DNA of 63,536 nucleotides, the filler included, from an uncultured Methanosarcinales archaeon (GTDB lineage: Archaea > Nanobdellota > Nanobdellia > Woesearchaeales > CAXGTL01), in assembly GCA_964535955.1 (NCBI GenBank). It is 6 parts of 6 records of this genome, joined end to end, with 100 filler letters (N's around TTAATTAATTAA, not from the genome) between each part and the next. Parts side by side here need not be neighbours in the genome. Positions count along the whole stretch, not along the records: positions 1 to 23,194 come from CAZHVK010000018.1; 5 more parts are not named here. One strand, 5' to 3'. Below the pieces are notes generated by a model. It was given only the letters and a program-made list of their open reading frames with translations. It was not told where the DNA came from and searched no databases. Numbering within the stretch: the first letter of the stretch is position 1; each line of letters opens with the position of its first letter. This document shows, in pieces, positions 10,263 to 20,886 of this stretch. A program made the translations under genes and the position numbers.

Positions 10263-11252
10263 TTATTCATGATTTGATGATATTGATTGTGATTCCCTAT
10301 ACTGTTTAACATGTTCCAGTACTGCTGCTTCTCCAAGCCTATATATTTCCTCTGATACTTTTAATATTTGGATAACAGGTTTTAAACCAGATCTTACAGC
10401 TTGTTTTAAATCTTCATCTTGCCTTATAATATCAGCAATCTCTGGACTATGTTTATAATAAAAGTCAACTAAGTCTTTACCAATTGGATTTGGTAGCAAA
10501 CATTCATCTCTAAATCTACAAAGATATTTAACTTCTTCAGCCATAGCAGTTCCATATGCAGCAGTTGCTATAAAACAACCTCCACCACCAGCAGAAGTAG
10601 AACTACCAGTGCCAGGTGTACCACCTGTACTAGTATCAACACCCCAAGCACTTGCCTGAGTATCATAAGCAGCAACAATCTCATTACCAGTCATACCATT
10701 AGACATATCAAACATTACACATTCAGGAATTCCATTTTTTTCATTTGATTCACTTATATTTTTATAAAAATTCCTGATAGCAACATTATCACATCTTACA
10801 GAAAATAATATTCCATCTTGATCATCTGTTTGATTTTGTTCATTAGAATTATGAAACATGAAATAAATTGTATCTGTTTGTCCAGTATTCTTATCCTCAT
10901 AAGACATCAAAGCGGTAGGCACCATCATACCCAAATCTTGAACATTATCCAAGTCTAACACATTATGACCTTCTGCATATGGTGTTCTATCAGGTCCATT
11001 TATAGTCAATGTAATGCCTTTTGCTTGCTCAAGATAAGCAATAGCTTCATTTACATAATTAATATCAGTGTCCTGCTTCATATCTACCATTGATGGCTTA
11101 TTTGCTTTCCCAAACACATAATTCTTTAACATATCTTTAGCACTTGGCTGTGTATTTGCAGGAGCACCTGTTAATATAGTATATAATAATACACTTCCTC
11201 CAAATAAAGTCAAAGCAATTTGATTCAAACTTGTTTTCATATTTCCTAACAT
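10263..11252 (-). CDS. Exported protein with CFI-box-CTERM domain
   Basis: N-terminal hydrophobic segment; Gly/Ser/Thr linker, then GGGGCFIATAAYGT...LCRFRDECL...FYYKHSPEIADII. Start could be 11240. Confidence 0.85.
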   Translation of the reverse strand: MLGNMKTSLNQIALTLFGGSVLLYTILTGAPANTQPSAKDMLKNYVFGKANKPSMVDMKQDTDINYVNEAIAYLEQAKGITLTINGPDRTPYAEGHNVLDLDNVQDLGMMVPTALMSYEDKNTGQTDTIYFMFHNSNEQNQTDDQDGILFSVRCDNVAIRNFYKNISESNEKNGIPECVMFDMSNGMTGNEIVAAYDTQASAWGVDTSTGGTPGTGSSTSAGGGGCFIATAAYGTAMAEEVKYLCRFRDECLLPNPIGKDLVDFYYKHSPEIADIIRQDEDLKQAVRSGLKPVIQILKVSEEIYRLGEAAVLEHVKQYRESQSISSNHE

Positions 11253-11429
11253 TATAACATCCCTCGCATAGTATTTATATTAATAATATTGTATTTATAT
11301 AATAAATTCTATTATTTAAATACATTACCACCCCAACACCGTGATTTTCATGTATGGTAGAAATAGAGCTTAATAAAGATTAGGGTAATTATAATCCCTG
11401 TTTTAGAATATACACATTACACAATACAA

Positions 11430-14400
11430 TCAAACACTCACACCCAATTCCCCAACATTATTACTTTCATCCTTTTCCTTGACTAAGTTATCAGGATCAA
11501 CAGTAAGAACCATTGTATAACTACCAGGATTATCATAATTACCAGTTGAATACACATTTGCTGATTGGTCAGGCCTTAATGTTAATGATTCTGTACTTGA
11601 AGGATCTGATGTAGCACCGCCTGTGTCAAGCTCCCACCCAACATTTTCTGCAACAGCATCACCACTATTCTTTATCTTGAACTTGACAACAACAATATTG
11701 CCAAAATAAGTTTTTACTCCAAAATCTTCAACAACAAGATCAGGTTTTAAATTAGGCACAGAAATAAACTCGCAAACAGCATTACATGTTCTTGCATTTC
11801 TACACATATCATAAGTATTATCATCATTATCATCACAATCAGAATTTCTCATACACTCCATATTACATGATGAACTTTGTTTATTTTTACAGTATGAGTT
11901 ACATGTTTTTGCTAAGAAACAAATATCTTTGGTATTAGACTTTCCATCATCGCAATCAGAATTACTTTCACATTTCACATTACATGGTTTATTCTGACAC
12001 TTTGCATTGCACTTGCCTGGGTTGATGCAATAATCTTTTGTAGATGAAACATAATCATTACAATCAGAATCAGTGTTACAAGCAATATTACATTTATCAA
12101 GATCTTCAATAACTAAAAACTCTTCTGTTGCAGGATCATAATCATAATTAAATCCTCTACCAGTTCCAAAACTACATTCACATTCATAAATACTATCATC
12201 TTTACTACATTGTGTATGATACTCATCATCTCCAGTTCTAAAACTGCATGAATCACCACAACTAAGAACTCGTTCATCAAAATAATAACTTTGTTCTATG
12301 TTATCATAATCTTTTGCCTTGATCTTGACAGGCACACGTTCATCAAACACAATCTTAAACAAAGCATATGGATTTGCATACTTCTGTTTTTTACCAAACT
12401 TAACAACCGAATTAATCAACTCACCTGTATCATCATCTTCTACACCAATCTTCAACTTATAATCAGGTCCAGAATTTTCATTAATAACAACATCAATATC
12501 CTGTGAATCAGTCAAACCATTTGAATCTTTTAATGTCAGTGTTAATGTAACTGTTCCATGTTTATCTTCAACAGGATAAAACCTCAGGACATCTGTATTA
12601 GAGTTAAGAGAAAATTGTACAATCTTTCTAAGTTCAGCAATTATATCAGCTGTATAATCACCTAAACCTTCAATCTCTTTAAATTCTACTTTCCACCTTA
12701 ATTTCCTACCACTGTCTTGAGCATCATTTTCATAGTCAGTCAGATCAATCATCCATGGTTCAGAATTCATATCCACTTCTTGATTAGGCACATCAGGTGA
12801 AATATATGGTGGTGTATTACCAGCAATATCATTTACAGTGATTTTCATTTCTTCATAATCTTTTGCACCTCTTAGATCTGTAACAGTAAACAAAACATTA
12901 TAAATCCCAGCATCATCTAATCCAGGCTGCCATCTATACTTTCTTCTAATTTCATTACCATAATCATAGTTTTCTGCTGTTTGTAATTGAGAAAAATTAT
13001 TTGTTAATGTCAATTCATCATCTTTATCTTCATCACTTGCTCTTACCCAAATATCTAATATTTGATTTTCATCTATTTCTCTATCATCAATTTCTTCAAA
13101 AACAGGAGGATTGTTTGGCATTATACATTCTTGTTCTTCTTCTGGCTTTTGTTCCATTGTACCACACTGATTATCATCAGTACATATTCTTGATTGTAAA
13201 CTATCATCACATTCAGGCCAATCACTACAAGTCCAATCTTCAGAACAACATTCTTGTGATATTTGTGGTTTATGTTTTGTTGTGTCGCACTGATTAAGAT
13301 CAGAACAAGATCTAGTTTGTTGTCCACCTATACACTCTGACCATTGTGTGCATTGCCAGTTTTCTGTACAGGGAATCCCCTGAGAATTTGTTATTATTTG
13401 TGTTGGTGTATGAGCTAAATTATCATATAAGAATTCTATGTTTCCATCATCAGCATACAAATAAAGCATATTACCAATACTATCATATTCATATGATAAA
13501 TCGTATAATAGATTGTCATTACCATACCTTATTTTCTGAGCCTTTATTAATCTATCAAGATCATCATATTCAAATTCTTCTTTACCATTATGAACAAGGT
13601 CTTCGATTAACATAACATTTCCTACATTATCATATGTATAAGCTAAGCTTTGAACACCACTAGTTATTATATTACTTACTCTATAATTTAATTGATTGTA
13701 ATAATAATTATTTTTTAAATTATTTTTAAAAGTCCTCGCAACAGGCATATTCATTACATTATATCTTATATCTGTAATTATATCATTAACATTTTCAAGT
13801 CTACCAACAGAATCATATGTATAAACAATAGTTTCATTATTTGGTAGGATTTCTTTTGTTATTTGATCCATAGTATTATATTCATACACTGTCAGAAAGT
13901 TTAGATTATCTATTTTTCTTTTATCTTTTATGATTCTATATCTTTGGTCATAATCAAATTCTTTAGTAATGTCATTTGTTTGGATTTTTGATAAAGTCCC
14001 AAGAGTATTAAGATCGTAAGTATATGTTTCTAATGTATCTGCTGAGGTTTTTGTTTTTAATCTATATAATTCATCATATGTTAATGTTACTTGATTATTT
14101 TCATTGTCTATTTGTTTAATTAAGTTTCCTGACACATCATATTCATATATCCAAGTACCTAAGTCAGGATCTTCTAATTTTGTTTTTCTTCCTAATGAAT
14201 CATATGTATGTTTTATTTTATTATTCTCATTATCTGTTATTTGTATTAGATTTCCTCTTGTGTCGTATTTATAATTTGTAGTATATATTTCATCATTGTC
14301 ATATTCTTTGATTTGTATTATGTTTCCATAAGCATCTTTTAAATAATCAATCCTATTATCATTTTCATCATATAATTCTGTTAAGTAATATTTATGTTTA

Positions 14401-17400
14401 CTTACTATCTTTCCTTGATCAGGCTTTACTACCCAAAATATTCTGTCTAAAGTATCATAGAAATATCTTGTTTTAGCAACTGCACTCCTGATTCCCACAT
14501 AATCTTCTGTATCAGAATAATAGAAATTTGTTTCATAATTTAACCTGTATAAATTATCATAATAATAATCTTTTGTTATAAACTTTTGATCAGAAGTTTC
14601 TGTTTTTGTTTGCATAACATTCCCAATTCCATCATAATAATAATAACTATCCAAGGTACTATCTTCACTTTGTTTTTGCTTAACTATTGCTCTTTCTGGT
14701 AAAGATCCATCAAAATCATAGATTATTTCTTTTGAAGGTTTATCTTCTGTATCATAAGGCAAGATTTCTTTTATTCTTCTACTAAATTGATCATATTTAT
14801 ATTCTGTTTTATAATTATTAGGATCTGTTACAGACAACAAATTACCAGTTCCAAAATCATATTCAGATATTGTTTCATGATTTTTTACATTTATTGATTT
14901 TATTGGAAAAGTATGTGTTGAATCATATTCATATTCTAATGTGTTTTGATTAGAATCTGTTACTGAAATTTGATTTCCGTATGAATCATATTCATAAGTT
15001 GTTGTTGGATTTTGTCCTGTACTTAACCAGGATTCAGATTTAACTAGGCTACCATATTCATCATATGTAAAATAAGATTCTGAGACTTTTGTTGAATCAT
15101 CTGAACCTTTTACATAAGTTTTTGTTGGCCTATTTAAGATCCATTTATTGGTGTCATAAGTGTATTCATTATATGAATACTTTTCATCACCACTTATTGA
15201 TGTATCACCTAAGTATGATGTCTTTACTATGTTGTTATAATCATCATATTGAAAATTTATTTGTGTAGTTACTGGATTATTATCCTTGAATTCTGTAAGA
15301 ATTTCTTTTGTTGAATCTAATTTTACTGTGTAGTAATCATTATTTTTTATTGAGAAAAAATCATTTTCTGTTGTTTTAGATATACCTCCATATGACACCT
15401 CTGTTTTATATTCCATTCCATTTTTTGCATAATCTTGGTGAAACCAATGATGTATTGTTCTGTCACTAGGTTTTATTTCCTTTACATAATTAAATCCTCT
15501 GAACTCTTTATCTTCATAATCATATAATCCTCCTTCGTAGGAATAGACTGTTTGTAAACTTTTTATTTTTTGACATGTTTGATGATTTGTTGATGTTATT
15601 GTTAATGGTGCACTACTAATTATCATTCCTACATCTCTATTGCTCTTAAAGTCAATATATTCTGTATCTGCATAATATGAAGAAGTTCTTGATTTACATG
15701 CTCCTTTGTTATCATCAGGATCTAAGGGTTCATAGTCCTGGGGCATGTCTGGTACAGCCACTATCTCAAATGACCATGTATTTCCATAACATTCAGTTGT
15801 GCATGGTTCTGTAAAACCTGAGCATCCTTTTGAAGGGGGTATGCAATTACCACTCCATCTTCCACCTAATCTATCTGCAGTATTATAGTCTTCACCATTA
15901 TCTGAATCATCTATTAGATAATAATAACGTCTATTTAGAACTGAGCCTGTTGAATCAGGTTCACAGTTTCCACCCCAAGGCTGTTGGTCATGATCTGACA
16001 TTTCCCAGTACAGTGCAAGCACTGAATCAGTTTCATATCTATCTTCATAATCTATGTCACTATCATCTACTATGTTATCATCTGACCATGTAGCAACACT
16101 ATAACATATGTCTTCTTCAAAATTAGAATAATTAAATAATGGTACACTGTATGCATGCCTTTCAAAATCATATTCATTCCAAGAATTCTCTTGTTCAAAA
16201 ATAGTACTCCATTGACCACTGCATCCCATCTTCACACATTTTCTTTGACAAACACTGCTTGATGAAGTACAATCAATTCCTGTATCTTGATAACCATAAG
16301 GACAAGATGAAGGAACACAATCTAAAGAAGTTGCTGTACTATGATGCTCTGTTGCATCTAGATAATTAATAGCCAAAACTATCCATTGATTAAAACCCAT
16401 ATCATTATCAGGTGTTATTGCAGAATTGTAATATCTTATCTTGAACTGACCTCCACTAGGCAAGTTTACTTCATCTAATAAGAATTGTTGTTGTGCTTTA
16501 TTTTTCCAAGCAAGTTTAAAATTTCCACCTTCACGTTTTATTCTAACAATATCTACTGAACCATCACCATCAATATCAGCTAATCTTGTACCCTCATTAT
16601 TACCATTACTCATTACAAACTCTGCAAATTCTGGTACTTCCCATGATGAATCATATGTAAATTTCTCTCCTTGGTTTAAATATGTGTCTCTTCTAGATGA
16701 TCTAGCAAGAACAAAGTCTGGCAACCCATCACCATTAATATCTGATATCCTCATGCCTTCATCATCATTAGATGTATCAACATTATCTGGTAAAATATTT
16801 ATTGGCCAATCATTTGTTTCTTCCCACCCATTTCCTGTGTTTAACCATAAATTTTTATTATCCTTATCATCAGATCTGTACACATCTGTTAAACCATCAC
16901 CATTTATATCAATTAATCTTACTCCTTCATCATCTCCATCTGATTCTACAAAATATATATCTGATGGTAGTTTCCATTGACTTGAACTTGACCAACCACC
17001 ATTTTGATTATTAATCCATGCTTTTTTACTATCTCTATCTTTTGCTTTTAGAACATCAACATAACCATCACCATTTAAATCAACTAATCTTACCCCTTCA
17101 TCAACAGATTTGTATGGATGCTCTTCTGCAGTTGTAAAGATTGTTACAAAATCATCATTTGTTTTTCTCCAACCACTACCAGTGTTTTCCCAAATATAAT
17201 CATATTCATCATCACCATCTTCATCATACAATCCTTGAATTAAATCAGGATAACCATCTCCATTATAATCACCGATTCTTACACCAGAATCAATAGGTGT
17301 GTCATCATATTTTAATATGAATGCAGCAGTTTCTGGAGGTTCATATGAACTGTCGATTGTAAAATCTGTTTTATATGAATTAATGTATGCTGTTTGTTCA

Positions 17401-18515
17401 ACATTCTTATAATCTGAGTTACGCAATATGTCTGTTATTCCGTCTCTATTTATATCTATTAATCTTGAACCACCGTCTGCGCCATTATGTGAAAAATAAG
17501 CACTACTAGGCAGTTTTTGTTCAAGATCTTCATCTCTTTCCCAACCTTTTTCAAAATCTTTATAAGAAAAAGTTGTAGCAGGCAATGATCCTCCATCTTT
17601 ACCATATTCTGTTATGGATGAAATATATGTTCTTGTAGTAACATAATTATTTGTATAACCTATTGCATATTTTTTTATTAAATTGTCATTTGCATAAGTT
17701 TTTATTTCACTTAATCTTCTAGTTCTTTTTATCTTTTGTCCATCTTGAAATATTGTCCATGATCTTGGAAGAGAATTATAACTAAATTTTATTTTTCTTG
17801 TTTTATCATTATTATATTCTATCTTATCTAGATATGTTACACCGGTTTCATAAGAGTAAGGGTTTTCTTTATAGGTATAAAATATTTTATTTCCATGCAC
17901 ATCTATTACTTGATCAAGATACCATCTCCAAATATAATTATGTTGATTAGATTTAAGTTCTGAATCTAAGTTATAACCAAACAAATATCTTGTTCCATCT
18001 TTTGACTTTACTTCCCAATATTCATTCTGATCATTATTTCCACCTGATAATTTTTTTATTGACAAATATGACTCTATTGTTGTATGATATCTTCCATCAG
18101 ACGAATCATAAACAAGTTCGTGTGATGCACCATCAAGTATCAAATTAAATTTATGTTTAGATGTGTCAGAAGGGAAATTATCTGTGTCTCTTTGAACATA
18201 AGATTGTGTTAATGACCATCCACTTCCTGTTAGTTCTGGGTAACTGTTTTTATTATAACTACTATAACCCAAATTTAAACCTGGTTGTAAACCATTCGTT
18301 CCTGGTGGAACCATAAATGGATAAGAATAAACAGCTGCGCCTGTATTAGTACTTGTTGTTAGTGTGCCTGATGACGGCAATGATGCAGGACTTGTTGGTT
18401 TGTTTATGTTTGATTTGTATGGATCTGCTGATGTAAGTGAAGCTATGATAAATATGAGCAATAAAATAAATACAAGTTTTTTTATTGTTTTTGTTTGATT
18501 TTGATTATTTTTCAT
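11430..18515 (-). CDS. Giant secreted SpvB/FG-GAP/YD-repeat shell protein, cassette A, 2361 aa, with C-terminal Cys-rich, cadherin/Ig-like and CARDB-like domains and no RHS core
   Basis: Signal peptide; TGAAVYSYPFMVPPGTNGLQP; WRWYLDQVIDVHGN; multiple DING/DLNGDG repeats; YEGGLYDYEDKEFRGF; many YxYD repeats ending YDSIGNML...LAHTP; final KPDLVV...VDPDNLVKEKDESNN (CARDB-like). No PxxxxDPxG motif. Confidence 0.92.
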   Translation of the reverse strand: MKNNQNQTKTIKKLVFILLLIFIIASLTSADPYKSNINKPTSPASLPSSGTLTTSTNTGAAVYSYPFMVPPGTNGLQPGLNLGYSSYNKNSYPELTGSGWSLTQSYVQRDTDNFPSDTSKHKFNLILDGASHELVYDSSDGRYHTTIESYLSIKKLSGGNNDQNEYWEVKSKDGTRYLFGYNLDSELKSNQHNYIWRWYLDQVIDVHGNKIFYTYKENPYSYETGVTYLDKIEYNNDKTRKIKFSYNSLPRSWTIFQDGQKIKRTRRLSEIKTYANDNLIKKYAIGYTNNYVTTRTYISSITEYGKDGGSLPATTFSYKDFEKGWERDEDLEQKLPSSAYFSHNGADGGSRLIDINRDGITDILRNSDYKNVEQTAYINSYKTDFTIDSSYEPPETAAFILKYDDTPIDSGVRIGDYNGDGYPDLIQGLYDEDGDDEYDYIWENTGSGWRKTNDDFVTIFTTAEEHPYKSVDEGVRLVDLNGDGYVDVLKAKDRDSKKAWINNQNGGWSSSSQWKLPSDIYFVESDGDDEGVRLIDINGDGLTDVYRSDDKDNKNLWLNTGNGWEETNDWPINILPDNVDTSNDDEGMRISDINGDGLPDFVLARSSRRDTYLNQGEKFTYDSSWEVPEFAEFVMSNGNNEGTRLADIDGDGSVDIVRIKREGGNFKLAWKNKAQQQFLLDEVNLPSGGQFKIRYYNSAITPDNDMGFNQWIVLAINYLDATEHHSTATSLDCVPSSCPYGYQDTGIDCTSSSSVCQRKCVKMGCSGQWSTIFEQENSWNEYDFERHAYSVPLFNYSNFEEDICYSVATWSDDNIVDDSDIDYEDRYETDSVLALYWEMSDHDQQPWGGNCEPDSTGSVLNRRYYYLIDDSDNGEDYNTADRLGGRWSGNCIPPSKGCSGFTEPCTTECYGNTWSFEIVAVPDMPQDYEPLDPDDNKGACKSRTSSYYADTEYIDFKSNRDVGMIISSAPLTITSTNHQTCQKIKSLQTVYSYEGGLYDYEDKEFRGFNYVKEIKPSDRTIHHWFHQDYAKNGMEYKTEVSYGGISKTTENDFFSIKNNDYYTVKLDSTKEILTEFKDNNPVTTQINFQYDDYNNIVKTSYLGDTSISGDEKYSYNEYTYDTNKWILNRPTKTYVKGSDDSTKVSESYFTYDEYGSLVKSESWLSTGQNPTTTYEYDSYGNQISVTDSNQNTLEYEYDSTHTFPIKSINVKNHETISEYDFGTGNLLSVTDPNNYKTEYKYDQFSRRIKEILPYDTEDKPSKEIIYDFDGSLPERAIVKQKQSEDSTLDSYYYYDGIGNVMQTKTETSDQKFITKDYYYDNLYRLNYETNFYYSDTEDYVGIRSAVAKTRYFYDTLDRIFWVVKPDQGKIVSKHKYYLTELYDENDNRIDYLKDAYGNIIQIKEYDNDEIYTTNYKYDTRGNLIQITDNENNKIKHTYDSLGRKTKLEDPDLGTWIYEYDVSGNLIKQIDNENNQVTLTYDELYRLKTKTSADTLETYTYDLNTLGTLSKIQTNDITKEFDYDQRYRIIKDKRKIDNLNFLTVYEYNTMDQITKEILPNNETIVYTYDSVGRLENVNDIITDIRYNVMNMPVARTFKNNLKNNYYYNQLNYRVSNIITSGVQSLAYTYDNVGNVMLIEDLVHNGKEEFEYDDLDRLIKAQKIRYGNDNLLYDLSYEYDSIGNMLYLYADDGNIEFLYDNLAHTPTQIITNSQGIPCTENWQCTQWSECIGGQQTRSCSDLNQCDTTKHKPQISQECCSEDWTCSDWPECDDSLQSRICTDDNQCGTMEQKPEEEQECIMPNNPPVFEEIDDREIDENQILDIWVRASDEDKDDELTLTNNFSQLQTAENYDYGNEIRRKYRWQPGLDDAGIYNVLFTVTDLRGAKDYEEMKITVNDIAGNTPPYISPDVPNQEVDMNSEPWMIDLTDYENDAQDSGRKLRWKVEFKEIEGLGDYTADIIAELRKIVQFSLNSNTDVLRFYPVEDKHGTVTLTLTLKDSNGLTDSQDIDVVINENSGPDYKLKIGVEDDDTGELINSVVKFGKKQKYANPYALFKIVFDERVPVKIKAKDYDNIEQSYYFDERVLSCGDSCSFRTGDDEYHTQCSKDDSIYECECSFGTGRGFNYDYDPATEEFLVIEDLDKCNIACNTDSDCNDYVSSTKDYCINPGKCNAKCQNKPCNVKCESNSDCDDGKSNTKDICFLAKTCNSYCKNKQSSSCNMECMRNSDCDDNDDNTYDMCRNARTCNAVCEFISVPNLKPDLVVEDFGVKTYFGNIVVVKFKIKNSGDAVAENVGWELDTGGATSDPSSTESLTLRPDQSANVYSTGNYDNPGSYTMVLTVDPDNLVKEKDESNNVGELGVSV

Positions 18516-18522
18516 TTTGTTA

Positions 18523-19086
18523 TTAGCTTTTCATTTTGTTTAATGATTCTTTTGCAATTTTGCCTATTAGTGGTTCTGTGAATTGGAGATAATTTTTAAG
18601 ATTTTGAAGTTTTTCATTAACTTGATTAAATCTGATATGTCCTAATGCAGAAATTATACTACTAATTAGTGTAATGTCTTTTGTGTTTTTATAATTGATT
18701 TTATCTTCGCTTTTAATGAAATCATTATAATAATATTTATCTAGAATTCTCTCCAAATATGTACCACAACCTATTATGTTTAAGTGTTCTATAATCCCTA
18801 TTATTGGTATAAGTCTTTGAGGTTGGTTTAAATTATTAATTAATAATTCTTTAATAAATATTGTTGTACTTTTATCTTTTTTATTCATTAGAGTTCTAAT
18901 CAACACATTAAAAACTTGGTGATCAAGACTATTTTTAGTTAATAAGATTTTTATTTCATTTTGATATTCATTTTTTGAAATTTCTTTGAAAATTTCTTTT
19001 AATTCATTACCCTTAGTAGTTTTATTTCTAGTAAGAACATGTTTCAATTCATTTACTAATTCAATAAATTTTTTTTGTTTGTTCAT
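18523..19086 (-). CDS. Putative immunity protein (cytoplasmic, HEAT-repeat-like)
   Basis: Starts 2 bp after the toxin stop; no signal peptide; helical SIISALGHI...EPLIGKIAKESLNKM pattern. Role inferred from position. Confidence 0.6.
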   Translation of the reverse strand: MNKQKKFIELVNELKHVLTRNKTTKGNELKEIFKEISKNEYQNEIKILLTKNSLDHQVFNVLIRTLMNKKDKSTTIFIKELLINNLNQPQRLIPIIGIIEHLNIIGCGTYLERILDKYYYNDFIKSEDKINYKNTKDITLISSIISALGHIRFNQVNEKLQNLKNYLQFTEPLIGKIAKESLNKMKS

Positions 19087-19088
19087 TT

Positions 19089-20624
19089 TTATCTTAAATC
19101 ATTAATTAAATTATCTAATTTAAATGTTGCTTTGTTATACACGCTTAGTTCATAAGGCGTTAGTGGAATTTCTTTAGGTACAATATGAGTAACATCTGCA
19201 GTGACTGTGTTTTTATTATAGACTAAACTTGACCGAGCAGTTCTTCTCATACCATTCATAACTATCTCTCTGCCATGTAAATTCCAAACTTCAGTTGCCT
19301 CGGGGATATTGTTTAAACCTACTTCATAACCTCTGGTTTCCATTACTGCTTGTTTATCAAGCAATGGATGTGTTCCTCTTAATCGCTTTATAGGAATCTC
19401 TTGAGTACCTGTGCCTTTAACCTTATTTGAAGAAGATCCTCCACTACTAGCACCACCAAAAACAGCAGGTGTTCCTGTTATTGCAGCATGAGCTAAACCT
19501 ACTGAGCCTACACCTAAACCTATTGCACCACCTACTTGCGCACCAGTTGAAGTAGCTTCAAGTAAATTCTCAGTTATTGGAGCACCAGACATAACATTGC
19601 TTGTTGCTTGAGCAGCAGCACTACCCATTGCAGATGATGCAGCATAAGTTGAAGTGGTTCCTGCAAGATATCCAACCCCTGTGGCTCCGGTAAATACTGG
19701 CGAAACAATTCCAAATGTTGCAGCTCCCACTGCTCCTGCAGCTCCACCAATTAATGCACTTTTTCCAACTGCTCCCCAGTCCATTGAACTATCAAATAAA
19801 GAAGCACCATTGTATATTTGTTTTATAACTGAATAACCAGCACCAATTACTGCTCCAATTGCAGCACCAAATAATATGTGCCAGAAATGGCCTGTACTAT
19901 CTACATATTTAACAGGATTATTCCTTGCATAACTATATCTATTCAATGATTGAGGATCATAAACATCAGGAATCGTTGTATCAGGCTGTGTAAAATGTCT
20001 TAAAAAAGGAGAATAGTAACGAGCATTATAATACATTAATGATGATTCTTTATCTTTTTCTTGTCCTGTGAATGTATATCTTGATTCTCCGCCTTCTAAT
20101 GGTAAACCAAATGGTTTGTAAGTAGTTTCTTCAATTACTTCACCATCTTCATCTGTTACAATATGAGTGCTACCTAGATGATTAGGGTGATAGAATTTTA
20201 TATTATCATTATAATCTTTTTCTGCAGCTAAAGAAGATCCTTCATAATAAAAGATTGTATCTCTTTCTTGATTAGAATCTTTTTCTTTTATGAATCTACT
20301 AGAAACATAATATGTTGTCTTAGAATTACCATTTTGGCTATATAAAACTTTTTTTATTCTTTGACCAGATTCATCATAATAGTATTTTGATAATGTTCTT
20401 CCATTTACATTATTTTCTTTTACTTCAACTAATTGATTAAGCGAATTATAAACATAATATTCACCAACACCTAAAACAAGGTTGCCATTATCATCATATT
20501 CAAAATTGATTGTTTTTTGTTGATTTGCTGTTGTCTCTAAAGACTGTGCAAATGATAGAGGTACACATAAGACAAGTAAAATAAGAAATACTGCTATTAA
20601 ATTCAAAATTTTGTTTTTATTCAA
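19089..20624 (-). CDS. Secreted minimal RHS-core polymorphic toxin, cassette A, with divergent ParB-like tip
   Basis: TTG 20624 after a GGGGGTG RBS gives a signal peptide; then FEYDDNGNLV, YHPNHLGST, YYNARYYSP, NNPVKYVDSTG; Gly/Ala-rich hydrophobic segment; tip EIPIKRL...EIVMNGMRRTA. Confidence 0.88.
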   Translation of the reverse strand: MNKNKILNLIAVFLILLVLCVPLSFAQSLETTANQQKTINFEYDDNGNLVLGVGEYYVYNSLNQLVEVKENNVNGRTLSKYYYDESGQRIKKVLYSQNGNSKTTYYVSSRFIKEKDSNQERDTIFYYEGSSLAAEKDYNDNIKFYHPNHLGSTHIVTDEDGEVIEETTYKPFGLPLEGGESRYTFTGQEKDKESSLMYYNARYYSPFLRHFTQPDTTIPDVYDPQSLNRYSYARNNPVKYVDSTGHFWHILFGAAIGAVIGAGYSVIKQIYNGASLFDSSMDWGAVGKSALIGGAAGAVGAATFGIVSPVFTGATGVGYLAGTTSTYAASSAMGSAAAQATSNVMSGAPITENLLEATSTGAQVGGAIGLGVGSVGLAHAAITGTPAVFGGASSGGSSSNKVKGTGTQEIPIKRLRGTHPLLDKQAVMETRGYEVGLNNIPEATEVWNLHGREIVMNGMRRTARSSLVYNKNTVTADVTHIVPKEIPLTPYELSVYNKATFKLDNLINDLR

Positions 20625-20886
20625 AATACACCCCCAAAAACATCTTATACCCAAACAGAAGAAAAGGATATTAATAAATGTTTCTACACTAAAGTATATG
20701 TTTCATTTTATAAATCTTATTTACAAAAAATCGAATAATTTTCGAACATATAGAACAATTTAAACCCAAACATTCAATTCCTCAACATCAATACACTCAT
20801 TTATAAACAAAAACAATTAAATTTATAAATGAATAAGCCATAAGAATAAATATATTGCAATAAATTTAAAAGGAGGTCGACTTAAT

